DNA of 63,669 nucleotides, counting the filler, from Bigelowiella natans CCMP2755 (lineage: Eukaryota > Protista > Cercozoa): NCBI GenBank assembly GCA_000320545.1. It is 5 parts of 5 records of this genome, joined end to end, with 100 filler letters (N's around TTAATTAATTAA, not from the genome) between each part and the next. Parts side by side here need not be neighbours in the genome. Positions count along the whole stretch, not along the records: positions 14,926 to 33,118 come from ADNK01000398.1; positions 33,219 to 39,501 come from ADNK01002854.1; positions 39,602 to 62,398 come from ADNK01002343.1; 2 more parts are not named here. One strand, given 5' to 3'. The position numbers and the translations under genes were made by a program. Shown here piece by piece: positions 24,852 through 39,938 of this stretch. The notes below the pieces were generated by a model that saw nothing but the letters and a program-made list of their open reading frames with translations, was not told the origin of the DNA and did no database searches. Numbering within the stretch: position 1 is the first letter of the stretch; every line of letters starts with the position of its first letter.

Positions 24852-25012
24852 ATTATTAACCGGGTGCCTGCTGAATCTTTCGTCGAGCCTTTCGGCAATG
24901 TTATGTATGCACACTATGGTAATGTAGAGTTGTCGTATCTATTAAATGCTGCAATTACATATAAGCTTGGTTACGACAAGCTTTATAGACAAATATGCTT
25001 GTACGGCCTCTG

Positions 25013-25054
<42 letters not shown>

Positions 25055-25993
25055 CTATACATAGCAATCAAATGCGGAACACATAGCTAGCTAACCCCTT
25101 GTCTGATGTGCATGTGTACATCGACTTATCGACTTACACGCTGAACCACATAACAGGGTAATGCTATTAGACGGCAATGCTGGTTGTGACCCGCAAACAC
25201 ACACGATACCCGCACACATGCTATGGCGTACTAGCTAGCTAGCCATATGCATGTATGTACTTACGTACGTGTGGTCACACGTTGCTTCTGCTGCTGTCTA
25301 ATATAACGTACAACAACATTGTCACAACATGTAGCCATCATTCATGCATGCTAGCATGCGCGCGGAGACGGCGGCTAGTAAGCGCCATTATTAGGCACAC
25401 ATGTGCGATGTATGTTGACATGATGCATGTACAATGACCATTGAACAAATTTAATTAATTTGATTATACATCCGTCGGCGCACGTATACGCTACGTGCAT
25501 ACACACACGTACACACACACACACACACACATACACACACACACACACACACACGTACACATGTCTAGATGTGGTTGCGTGGCGGCTACAAAGAGCATTC
25601 ATCGGCAACGCTAGTGATCATAAATAATGAACTAGTATGATCAATTTTGTCACATGTGTACTTGTCTGGACCATGTGCATAGCTCACATTTACACACACC
25701 TTGGCCGAATTTCCCCGGCGGTATCATGCATGCTAGCATGCGTTCACAGAACACACATGCCACTATATATTCGCTAAGTATTGACTTCTAGTGTCTCAGC
25801 ACCATAAAACTACATTCATCACGCTTTGAACATACTTCTGCGGACAGTCCGTGCAACTAATATGTGGGCATGCAAAAGCAGCATCCGTATGGTATTTGTT
25901 CACGTTTTATAAACCTGACATCGGCGTGGTTACAGGTTACAGTGTTCTTTTGTATACACATCAAAGAAGCTTTCGCAAAGCTCCTTTTTCGTG

Positions 25994-26934
25994 TTATTTA
26001 TTCAGGAGTATAAGAAGCAGACAAGCCAGAATCAGAACAAAGATACCCATTGCGAGTGTACTTGTTTCAAACGATCGAGCTGATTGAAGACCAACTGGTT
26101 CTACCAAACCACAAAAACGTGTTCTTGATCCATGTGTTATCTCACTAAGTAATGGGCCACATAATGATGTTGCCTGCTGAGAAACACTATTCAATCTAGA
26201 TGCAACTGTCTGGACCAACCCATTTCGTCGCGCAGCTGAGATTATTTTAAAGGTAGTCAGCTCAACAATTTCACGGCAATTATAGGCATTAATTTATGAT
26301 CTAACCACGTAATATGTTGCTTTACCTTGGGAAGAAGCTTCAGCAAGACGATGCCGTAACTGTGACGATATTAAGAGAGATCGAAGCATTGAGGGCCTGG
26401 GAACTCCATGCCTCTGCCTCGAGCCTGATGGCTCAGATTCCGTGTGTACTATGGCGCTGTAATGACATTGATCATATCTTGTCCCAGACTCAGTCATAAC
26501 TATGTATATATGCTTTGTGGTGTCTCGGGGAGCAACAGAGTGGGAGGTAGTAGTATCTGTTGAAAGTGCGGGTCGGGGGCGTCGGACGGGAGGTGGTCCG
26601 AGATCCTCTGGAGATCCTCGAACTTGCGAGGAGAACATTTATGCAGGAGCCTGTTTGATGACCAAACGACATCTTTATCTTTCTGATTTATTACTAAAAT
26701 GGCATGTGTTTTTAATGCAATAACCCTTTTCTCAAAATGGACCCCAAAAAGATTTTTTCGGCTTTCCGCCGTCAGAACACGATACAGCTTTTTGAATCGA
26801 CCATTTGATCCGATCAATGGCGCCCGGGCCGACGCAACGTGGCCCCTTTCCGCATAGGGTGCCGGAAGCGGGGCGGGAATAGGGGGGGAAATATTTTGCA
26901 ATGCTTTTGTTACTGCTGTTTCTCTCCGCAACAT
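25994..26934 (-). CDS. Hypothetical protein with a C-terminal transmembrane helix (tail-anchored?)
   Basis: Terminal exon ends MGIFVLILACLLLILLNK-stop; upstream exons are uncertain. Confidence 0.35.
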
Positions 26935-27329
26935 GTTCGCGGACTACGAATCCACCAACAGAGTTTTCGGCGGCCAACCCGGCGAAGATCAACAACAACT
27001 CAACGGCGGCTCTCCATAGAGACCTTATTCATCTAGGTTGCTGCTTGCTTCTCACCTCATTAATCTACGGCAATGTGAATGTACTGCGCTTATCATGATG
27101 TATACTTGTTCAGAGTCGATGCCCGAGAGAGAGATTCGCTTGTTCCAGCAACTGCAGAACGGCCGATTTCAAGAATCCACGATTATTTCGATACACTGGC
27201 TCCGTGTGAGAATTCCCAAGTCCGCAATCATCGAATCGTTCGATGGGAAGATATTTCGACGCAGAAACGTGACGTTAAAGGCTATTCGGCGATATCTATC
27301 GAGTGAGTGCTAGATGTATTTTATACACA

Positions 27330-27458
<129 letters not shown>

Positions 27459-28199
27459 ATATATATACTATGAGCTTCTTACATTAATATGAACATCCAG
27501 ACGTTCTGGAGCTTGAAAGGGACGGTTTGAGAATACCTCTTGCTTGCAAGAAGAGTCACAAAGTTCGGGGAGACAATCAGAGATCCTGGAAGTCTTCGAT
27601 GCTCTTGGCACCAGAAGCACCATTTGCGTTCTCCCCGCAACTCTGTGCAACAAACAGCGACCCTTTTATACCATTTGTTTCAACGCTCAGCAACGCTTAT
27701 CCTCCCATACAAGGTCATGCCCCTCACTCCCAAGTATTGGAGGGGGCCTCTGACGTAAGCATGTTCCTAGCCCTCGTCGATCATCGCGACTGGCACAGCC
27801 AAATCACGATAACGAGTACGAAGAGGAGCCAGCATTCGGTAGGAGCGAATGATCGGCAAGGAGGGGAGGGAAATGGCGGGGAAAACGGAACAGCAGCTTT
27901 AGTTGGAGGACGCGCAAGAGACAACGCTGGTGGTAGCTATCGTATTGTTCAAAAGTCTTTCAGCGAGCAGAGTGGAGACGGTTTTCCCCTGCACCGTTTG
28001 CGTTTTCGCGGAAAGTGGCCGGAGAAAAGCTCAAATGTAGTCTCAGCGGAGCAGTCACACAACGGAAGCCACATTTCGTCCAGGTTTTCCCCCCTCACCA
28101 TCATCATCCTCAAAATGTAAAGCAGATTCTAATAATAAGCTTAATCTGATTTTTTTTGAATAGCGTGAACACGTTTGCAATATACCGCGATGATAAACG

Positions 28200-28746
28200 A
28201 ACGATGAAATGTGGTGTGTTGTGTTTGTTTTCTGATGATTTGATGCGCATTCGCTTCCTTCCCTTCCTTCTCCCCCCCTCCCTCCTCCTCCTCCTCCTCG
28301 TCGTTGTCGAACGATTCTTGAGTAGGGAAGGATGCTGGTCGTCTGGATTGGGGGGAAGGACTTATGACTATCTAGTCGATTTGACGGCCATTCCATCGGC
28401 GAAAGAGAAGGAAGAGGGGATTTTGGGGGAGGGGGAAATGCCGGGGCAGGACAAAACGGACTCGAGGCATTCGTCGTCAATTACAAATCATATAGACATC
28501 ACTCAAAGACACCGGTGGAGGAACCGAAATAACTATAGCAGCAGTAGCAATAGCAGCAGTAGCAGTAGCAGCAGCAGCAGAAATAGCCCTCGTCTTCTTC
28601 CCAAACATAATGTTAGCCTGCAACCAGAGCAATCATCACCACACTCCTCTCCTGCGCCCCTCTCTTCCACTACTCCTCTCTCATCCTTCTCCTCCTCCTC
28701 CTCCTCCTCCTCCTCCTCCTCCTCTTCCCCCTCTTTCCGGTCCCCG

Positions 28747-28781
<35 letters not shown>

Positions 28782-29085
28782 GCCGTCATCGTCCATCACC
28801 AGCTCGTCGTCTTTGATAGAGGCCCATGCGTATGCACGTTTGCTAGCGGGTATGGGCACCGAATTAGGGGCAAAGACAGGGCAGATGGGCGCTCCTGCGG
28901 CAGCCGCAGCAATACCCAAAATCTCCAATTCGGTGCGGAACGTTATAATGTATTTGTTAATGCTTAGCAGTCACTAATGTTGTGGCTCTTGAGCCGCTCC
29001 AAGCCTTGTTTTCGTGCTGCTGCTACTACCTACAACTACCAATGCAAAATGCCTCTTGAGAAAGTTCTTCCATTCCAGCACGCCC

Positions 29086-29116
<31 letters not shown>

Positions 29117-30150
29117 TTGTTGTTGTTGTTGTTGTTGCGTGTGTTTTGTTGTAGCTCCTCCAGTATGTTGGAAAGGGAGTTCAGCACCAGGTACTTGCAG
29201 CACCACCACCACTACTACTATCATTACTAGTAGTTTAGCTTTAAAGCAATGGTAGCGAGGTCAATGCGGCTATAAGGCTGCTGTGACGCCTTCGAGTGAA
29301 GAGAAGGAGACGCGTGCTGCTTTTTTGTTACCCCCATCTGTTTTAGCTGGCGCGGGACGTCTGGTCGGCGATCACCGCTCGCGTTCCAGGCCAAGTGACA
29401 GGCCTCGTCGAGAAGGATGCTCGGAAGAAAATCTTGAAAGAGTTGCCCAAGAAGGTAGCCAAAGCGAGAAACGTTGGATATTTGGTTAATACTCTCCGAG
29501 TCAGATTGCTATTGTGCGTGACTCCTCTCTCTCGTTTTCTCTCTTCACTCACACACACACACACACACACAGACAGACAGACACACAGGCAAACACGCTA
29601 ACACTAACACACGGGCGCACGCACACGCAGGTTTGGAAACAAGTTGTGAAAGACCTCACAAAGCTGCTTCCAAAGGATATGAACATGTCAAAACAACAAC
29701 AAACACCACAGGAAGAAGAAAAAGAAGAAGAAGAAGAAGAAGAAAAAGAAGAAGAAGAAACATCTCCACACACATTATGTTCTTTTGGCAGATATCTCCT
29801 CGACGAAATCACTGAAAGGCTAATCCCGCAGCTTCATAGGTAGAAATACTACGGTGCGAGGCAACTGTAGTAAAGCACAACATCGTGGTATCATCGAAAG
29901 CTGTTCGTCATCTCTATTCTTTTGCTTTCCCCCCCCCCCACCCTTCGCCCCACATGGCCCTCCTCCTCGTCATTAGGGATCTCGACTACGTGCTTTACCA
30001 CAACATATCGGCCGCTCTTTCGCGCGTAATTCCCGTGGTGCTACAGCGATCTCTCCGCACGTCGCTCACGACCTCGCTAACGTGGTCTCTCTCCCATTCC
30101 TTGGTTGTATAATAGCACCAACATTACTTCGATCCATGTTTTGCGTGTGA

Positions 30151-30188
<38 letters not shown>

Positions 30189-30232
30189 TGATTCGGGCAT
30201 GTGTATCATGATGGCTAACAGAAGAGGACCAT

Positions 30233-30275
<43 letters not shown>

Positions 30276-30864
30276 CTTCTCTCTTCCCTCCCTTCCTCCC
30301 TCCTTCCTCCCTTCCTTCTACACGCACAGGGAACGTCGTTGTCGTTAGGATTGGCCTCAAGAGAAGGTCGAGGCCCGTGGAGTGGTTGCCGCAACTGCCC
30401 GACATCTCAGGAGAGAATGTATGTCAAAGATGTAGCTGTGCCTTCGCTCCCTTACACACTCATGTGCGCTCTAATCGCTCTTCTCTTCCCCACCCTGACC
30501 GCAATGTGTTGTTGCTGTTGTTGTTGTTGTTTTCAGGTACTATACCACGTATTATGCAACGCACTATACCGATTATTACTCGAGCTACTACGGACAGTAC
30601 TACATAAAGGCCTCCGAAAACCTGAACAAGGCGGCGGCGAAGGAGGATAAAGACGAAGGTGTTTGTTTAGAATTAGCTGCCATTGCTGCTTTGCACACGT
30701 CTTTGTCGGGGTCAATGCACAGGGAGCAGAGTGTACCCTCTACTCGAGCTGCCGTGCGACGGAAACTGACACTGTTGTTTCGCACACATTTTGGCTATGG
30801 TTCTACATCAGACCTGAAATCTGCGTGGAAGACGCTCGAAAAAGAGCTGAAAAAACTCAAGTGA
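28200..30864 (+). CDS. Hypothetical protein with hydrophobic N-terminal segment, poly-Ser linker, helical core and YYxx-repeat tail
   Basis: Exons LARDVWSAITARVPGQV..., DLDYVLYHNISAALSRVIPVVLQRSLRTSLTTSLTWSLSHSL, YYTTYYATHYTDYYSSYYGQYY. Confidence 0.55.
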
Positions 30865-31091
30865 AGCGTGTCCTCGGTGGTAAATGTGCGGCACTGCTCA
30901 GCAAGTCGCAAGCAAGTTGCTCGGAAGGCTTGTAGTACCAGCATTCCATATTAGGATAGTGGTGAATGTGATGAAGTCGTAGTAAAGAAGCAAATGAGGG
31001 CCAAAATCTATTGGCTACATGAACCGAATATATTCATTACAAACAGCTTATTACGCATGCGATGCGATCTTATGATTTGAGTGATCGATGG

Positions 31092-31134
<43 letters not shown>

Positions 31135-31755
31135 GCGGTTGTAATGAATACTTGAATTTTTTCAATCGCCATCCTAATGTAGCCATGCAACGCTGCGGCT
31201 ACAGCGCTGATGTTGTGCCTGTTTGATTCTGCTGTGATGTCATTCATGCTTGCAAATGCATTGGTGGGCATGTGCACGCCATCATGCGTGTGCCGTGTAC
31301 GCATGCACACAAGCATCTACTATAGTAAGTATGTATGTTCGTACCAACATAGGTTTTCCTTTATTATTATACATCTGCTTAGCTTTGAAAACAGCTTCAT
31401 GTCGCTTATTCTAGCTAGCGTGCCGCGTACATAGTTTTCATGCGGCATTGTGCGCACATCATGTGCCAGGGATCACGCATGATGGTTGACTCACCCTACT
31501 AGCCTAGTCACCGTTGGCAAAACTAGCTAAACAATTGCGGCGGCAGCGACGAATTTATTGCATCATTACCAATACTGACGCACAATCTTCATGGACGTAC
31601 GATTATTACGTACATGTATTGCCTACTAAGCCTTTGAGTAGGTTGCGCGTTATGGTGCGAACATAGTAAGCGGAGCTTGACGAAATGGCCAATAGCACAC
31701 AGCATCAAATTTCAGTCCACTGCGCTTGCATGTATATTGTTGCTATATTGGTTGT

Positions 31756-32247
31756 TTATCTTTTTGCGCCTCCTCTCCTCTTATTCCCGGACTTGTTAGA
31801 ACCTCTTTTCCCTTTACCATCCTTACTGTACCTGGTCACGAACGATAAAAACGCAACACCACACAGTAAGAACGCTTGAAGACTTCCCAATCATGTAGTC
31901 CCACATACGAAGACGGAACAATATGATAAATGTGACAGCAGCAACAGTGTGTTCGCACGTACGGGTTGGAAGGGCTGCGGAAACGAACGCGGATTGGAAC
32001 CCCGTGCAATCCAAATTCCTCGCGGAGGGAATTCGTCAGAAACTTTTGGTAGCTCTGTAGGTAAACGAGAGTCATACGACACACGACTCCGCTGCCGCGC
32101 GCCCATTACATGAACGCACTACCACTCACTCTAGAAAGACACGCCAATTGGTCGGCACCTTTGGAAGATTTGCAACTCTCGCGACATTGATGGAGAACGT
32201 GGGAGGACGAGTGTCAATCTGTCGGACGCGAACGCACACGCACACGC

Positions 32248-32284
<37 letters not shown>

Positions 32285-33118
32285 AGACGGACTTCATATG
32301 GGCCGGAAGTTCCTGCGTGTACTCGAAACGCAGCAGCATCATATATCACCTGTGAGATGAACTTGGGCGTGACGGGCTTCCCGCCTATATTCGGGGGTGG
32401 CTTGTACGCGACCACAGCCTGCAACCACCTGAGCACCCACGATATCCTTCATTCATACATCCCGTCTGTTCTTCTCCATCGGCATGACATTATCAAATCG
32501 AAAGGCCTGGAGCGCATGTACACACCGACAATGGCTCGCCGTCGCTACTACCTGTTAAGAGCATTCGTTGGGACACGGGAGGACCAGCGGCTGTGCAGGC
32601 GCTGTGCCGTCGGAACCACCTTTCGCGTTGAAGCGCAATATAAAGAAGCTCTTACTTACCCACGATCATGTCTTCGGGTGGGGTGTTGTGTTGCATGTGT
32701 AGCTGGAATGGGAATGATCGTGTACATGGAGCACCACCTGCTGAAGCGTGCCGATTGCCTTCGAGTTCGTGGTTAACAGCGGGACTCTGATGACGACCGT
32801 TGCGACATCATATTATGGTGTGGTAGTGATGGTGATAATGAAGATGGTGGCACAGGCCAGCCGGCTGGCTAGTGATGGTCGTTGGTTGGTGTACGTTCGC
32901 GACAACTAACGTTACCACTTGTGTGAATAGTATCGTGTCGTAGGAGGTGGGGGGGGGGGGAGGGGTGGGAATGAACACATTATGAAAAAGAAATATCTTC
33001 GTATGTCGTTAGCCACTTCTGGCATTGACGTCACCCTTTCGAGGACTGGGTTAAGATATCGTAGAAAAGGCCCATGCAAGCCCTGTATGTAGTAGCAGTT
33101 ACAATGGGATCATTGCTT
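31756..33118 (-). CDS. der: C-terminal KH-like domain of the ribosome-biogenesis GTPase Der/EngA (organellar); 5' part beyond the contig end
   Basis: RWSSRVPTNALN|RWLQAVVAYKPPPNIGGKPVTPKFISQ|...PPTF...|SYQKFLTNSLREEFGLHGVPIRVRFR. Confidence 0.85.
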
Positions 33119-33218
33119 NNNNNNNNNNNNNNNNNNNNNNNNNNNNNNNNNNNNNNNNNNNNTTAATTAATTAANNNNNNNNNNNNNNNNNNNNNNNNNN
33201 NNNNNNNNNNNNNNNNNN
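33119..33218. other. Artificial contig linker
   Basis: N-TTAATTAATTAA-N. Confidence 0.98.
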
Positions 33219-33392
33219 TGCATTTCACAGATAGTGAGGCTTGGGAGCGCTCTGTTCATTATCAGTCCCTTCCTAGCAATCGCATCACCTTCTTCTCCTA
33301 TTGGAACCCAAGCTCTCTCTCTCAGTTCAGCCCCCCCCTCCCCCCCCCCAACCCCCTTTACCCCTCCCACACCCGCGGCACTACCAGCGCAC

Positions 33393-36300
33393 CTACCTAT
33401 TTTTGGTTGGATCGAAAGAGCGTGTGTCATGAGCGCTTTCTTCGTCGACCTGGTTCACCTCCAGGCTCACCTGGCTCTCTTCGCGGCTGCTGAAAGAAGT
33501 AAGGTGGTAGCTCTTACATTGCAAGAGGCCGGCGCTATCGCTGCTGCTGCTGCTGCTGCTGGTGGTGGTGGTCACCCCAGTTCTGGACCAATGTTCCCCT
33601 GTAACATCCCAATATACGCAAGCGTCTTTGATAGTTAGGGGAGGTTCGTTGCTAGCTGCCGATTCCACAGCTTGTACTGCCGGTCGGGGAACAGTGAAGA
33701 TGAAGGGCTCGGGGGCATTCGAGACCTGCAGCATCTGCCTGCTAGCAGGGTCCGACAACTCAATCCTCACCAAGTCCTCGCTCTGTCTCCGGCTCCCGCC
33801 ACCCACCGGAGACGGAGACGACGACGACGATTCGGGAGGGGGGTAGAGTGTGTCGCCTCCGATGAAAACCATCGAGATCTGCAGGTTCCCAGTTACCATT
33901 CGTGCGGTGTCAGGGAGGACGCTCGGGCAGCTGAAGGACAGGTTTCGGCCTGATATCTCCAGTGTTCTCTCGATGATAGCGGTTGTGGCATTGGGGTCAA
34001 CCAGGCGTGTTGCGAAGTCGAGCTGTGCTCTTTCGGGGCGCGAAGAGGAGCTGACGGTGACTGGAGTTTCTCCCGGCATCGAGGATGAAAGCAGTAGGTA
34101 CTGGAGATTAGACAGCGCACCGTCTAGAGCTTTGATCAGAGAAGCTGGGCGGCGGTTCGTCTCTAAGTAACGCCACAACCGATGTTCGCAACAACACCGA
34201 CACACATCATGAGTCGCTTCTCTACATCTAAACATGGCCTTCATTGATGTCGTTCTCACAGCGTTCATTAACTCTCTCACTCCACATATACACATCCCTC
34301 CCCCCCTCCCCCCCCCCCCTCCCCTTCCCCCCATTAACCCCCCGCCCAAAGCCACACTCACATACACTCGCACACAAAATACGAATGAACATCACATCAC
34401 CCACCTTCCTGAGAGCCATTAGTGCTGCTAGCGTTGCCAGATGACGCAGAAAGGATGTTCGACATGGTAAGAGTCATACTGGTGGCGAGAGAGACCGACT
34501 CCTCCCCTGTCCTCCCGCTCTCTTCTATCCCAGAGCGTGTAAGGTTCAGCAGCAGGCCTGCAGCCAATTCTGACGCCTCAACATCCACTTCAGCCTTGTC
34601 ACTGAAGTCTGTGGTTGACTCGAGTAAAATCGACGCTGTTTCGGTCTTCATGGCGCGCTCCGTCCCATTTCCTCCTTCAAGATTCTCCTTCGCGACCAAC
34701 AGCTTCAGCAAGTTCTTTCTCAGCTGCCGCGATTCCGACAGGTTGGTGCGGGCTTTCGACTCAGCGCTGGCATGCACGTAAGAGAGAACCCCAGCAAACT
34801 CCGCCACGAACCTCTGCGTGTCGTTCTGACCCAGGAGCGCTCTGAGGCTGCTTTCCGCTGCCTGGGCTTCGAACTGCGTTGGCTGGGAAATGTCGGCGTA
34901 GAAGTGCGCTATCGAGGTGGCGCCGAATGAGTCGAAAACCTTGGCCTGAATGCCAATTCTCTCCGGCTGTGGCTCCCCTGTCTGTGGATGGAAGGCGCCA
35001 CCACTAAGTGTGGTGTTGTGAAAGCTCGACAGCTGTCGGGGACTTAGATCAACGAGAGAGGTGTTCTTCGCTGTCGAGACCCCAAGGCCAGACGATAGCG
35101 GCGATGACGACGGGAGCCGCGACTTCAACCTGAGCTGGAATTGGTATTTGAGCGGAAGATCCGTGTCGCTCCAGCCACTGCAACTGAGCCGGAAAGTTGT
35201 CTTGAGAGCGATCCCCTGCGCTGGATAGCAGCTACACCACCCCGAACTTGGGGGCACGTTCGTGATTAACTGCAACTCCGCCCGACCTGTCTGCGAGGTG
35301 AAGGAAGAAGTCGCTGTCGCTACAAACACGTATCTAGTTCCCACCGAAAGCGTATGGGGCGCTATTACGAGGACACTGCTCTCAGGCCCTGTTGGTAAGA
35401 TCTGGACGCCAGAAGAGGAGCCAACATCGAGGTTTCCCGAAACGCAACTCCACACGAAGCTGCCGCCAATCTTCGATGATGAAGGACGAGCGGGATCACT
35501 GTCGGGGGGAGGGGGGGGGGGGGGGGGAATTTTCATGTCGATTAGAGCATTGCAAGGACGATACGTCTACATAAGGAACTCGGTGGGATTTCTCCCCTGC
35601 GATTAGGAGTTGGAGTTTCGCAGGAGAAAAGTCATCGGAGCTATTGGAATTAATAGTGGGGCTCTGGTCAATTAATGGTCCTCGTGCCCCCCACCGCCGA
35701 CGCCCATAGCCGTCACATTGGCAAATTTGCGATGCTGGCGCTATAATTCATGAGTCGGCAGGTGATATCTACATCAGGTTTCAACTAAATAATATTTATT
35801 GCACAGGGAATGATTCGCATGACTACACGTAGCGAATGCATATGTGCTGGAAATCACACACACACGCACACACACACACAATGACATCATATCAATATAT
35901 ATATATATATATATATAATTATATACATATAATGAGCAACCTGCCCACAGCCAACTTCCAGTCAGCAACGACTTTAAGGCGGAGATGGGTCTTTAGATCA
36001 ACCTTATCGGACACGCACCCGCTGGGAGAGACAATAGAAATAGCCAATGGAACATCTCCGGTGGAACTGATGGCTACTGGAGCAGCAGTTGGTGCTGCAC
36101 TCCAAAAAGGATTGGCGCTTGGCTGTACAGTCGCGGGACTGAGAGTTTTCGGATTCTTGGATGTTGGAATCGCTGTCGTCGGTGCAACAGATACGGGACC
36201 CATCGTGATTGGGTTTCCAGTAGCAGGACTAGAGCTTGGCTGTACAGTCACGGGACTGAGAGTTATCGGACTCCCAGATATAAAATTTGTCGGTGTCGGG

Positions 36301-37273
36301 GCAAGAGATATGGGACTCACCGTAACTGGGTTTCTAGTAGCAGGACTAAGAGTCTTAGGACTTCTGGATGTTGGAATCGCTGTCGTCGGTGCAAGAGATA
36401 TGGGACTCACCGTGACTGGGTTTCCAGTAGCAGGACTAAGAGTCTTAGGACTTCTGGATGTTGGAATCGCTGTCGTCGGTGCAAGAGATATGGGACTCAC
36501 CGTGACTGGGTTTCCAGTAGCAGGACTAAGAGTCTTAGGACTTCTGGATGTTGGAATCGCTGTCGTCGTCGTCGGTGCAAAAGACATGGGACTCATCGTG
36601 GCTGGGATTACGAAAAGTTTTGAATTGAGCGCAACATCCCCACAAGAACCTCCCCCTTCTATCTCAATGGCAAAGGCACCAGCACAAATATCATCTAACG
36701 ACCTAATAAGATTATTGCAGCCGCCACTACACGTAAATTCTCTTTTTTGTGTGCCATTAGTTCTAAAGTGACAGGATATCTCAGCTATTGTATAGTATCC
36801 ATTTATGCGCACAGAATTCCCATTCGCTATAACTCCAGCGGTTCCAAGATTGATGAGCGCGTAGCCACTTGCATAATTTTTGCAACCATGCGCTTTACCC
36901 AATCCTGGAGGCGGGCAATATCTTTTTGGATCTGTTGATCCTTGGATAGGGCAGTTAGTAGAAAATCTCGAAGTGTATGCAGGATATCGTAATAACTCGC
37001 CAGTCGATATGTCAGGAAGTGAGTCCCAAGTTGTATTGAAACTCGGACTGAAAATACGATCCACCATATTCAATGCACATGGCCCAGAGACTTGATCCGT
37101 GTTACATGCTCCTCCTGCAAAAAATAATAGACCCAATACATGATTTTCATCCTGTCAACGCGGTTAAATCTTCCTCGTGCGTTTGAAAGATTGACACCAA
37201 AATGACCTGCGTGTAAAGGGGCTATGGCTACGAGGGCCGCAAGAATCTCCCAGCCCCAGCTGCCCCCTCCCAT
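33393..37273 (-). CDS. Polycystin-1/PKD1-like receptor: signal peptide, Cys-rich domain, mucin-like repeats, REJ domain, GAIN/GPS; truncated at the contig end
   Basis: REJ motif NVPPSSGWCSCYPAQGIALKTTFRLSCSGWSDTDLPLKYQF; GPS motif CVYWDVTGEHWSRTG...LQCKSYHLTSFS. Confidence 0.85.
36135..36595 (-). repeat. 90-bp coding tandem repeat (SPISLAPTTAIPTSRSPKTLSPATGNPVTV), 3 near-identical copies plus diverged copies
   Basis: Visible in both DNA and translation. Confidence 0.95.
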
Positions 37274-37599
37274 GGATCTTGCGAGCTCCTCCTTGATCTT
37301 CAAAGTTCAGCCGTTCTGCTGTCAACGTTTCACTTTCCCACCTGTGAACAGTCACAACATCTCATACCATTTTTTACTGCGACATGATCAGAATTGTTGT
37401 CGCAAGAAAAAACCCAGAACGGGCTCCCACAACTCGCCACTATGTGCGCAACTTTTAACGCTTATCGGCCATTTCGGGATAGATTTCGGTATTTTCCGCA
37501 ATAAAATACAAAAATGCCCTGTGTTTCCTTCTATGTTTAGAAATCGTCGTCGTTCTCGGGAAGGAAAGCCGCTCGGGCGCTCCGATAGAGAGGGATGCG

Positions 37600-39501
<1,902 letters not shown>

Positions 39502-39601
39502 NNNNNNNNNNNNNNNNNNNNNNNNNNNNNNNNNNNNNNNNNNNNTTAATTAATTAANNNNNNNNNNNNNNNNNNNNNNNNNNNNNNNNNNNNNNNNNNN
39601 N
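39502..39601. other. Artificial contig linker
   Basis: N-TTAATTAATTAA-N. Confidence 0.98.
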
Positions 39602-39938
39602 CATCAGCCTCTTCACCAATACTGCTACCACCAAAAGGAGTATCACTACTGCCGGTTTTGCTGAACATATTATCCCCACCAGCATCATTACTATCTCCAA
39701 ATCCACTGCTACTGTCTCCAAATTCACCAGTGGAGGAGCCGAACTCACCAAACTGTCCCCCCCCTTCTGCTGAGTCGCCACCTGAGCCAAGGCCGAAATC
39801 ACCGCTGAAATCACCACTGAAATCATTAGTTTCGGCTTTCGCATCAGCCTCTTTACCAATACTGCTACCACCAGAAGGAGTATCACTACTGCCGGTTTTG
39901 TTGAACATATTATCCCCACCAGCATCATTACTATCTCC
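39602..39938 (-). repeat. Duplicated segment (about 240-bp spacing) in the Gly/Ser/Asp/Phe-rich tail
   Basis: GDSNDAGGDNMF(N/S)KTGSSDTP(S/F)GGSSIG occurs twice. Confidence 0.9.

Noticed and set aside
36135-36595. Regular repeats as a CRISPR array
   Set aside because: No unique spacers; this is an in-frame 90-bp coding repeat in a eukaryotic gene.
35836-36771. 311-aa plus-strand ORF
   Set aside because: Antisense shadow of the Pro/Thr/Ser repeat exon.
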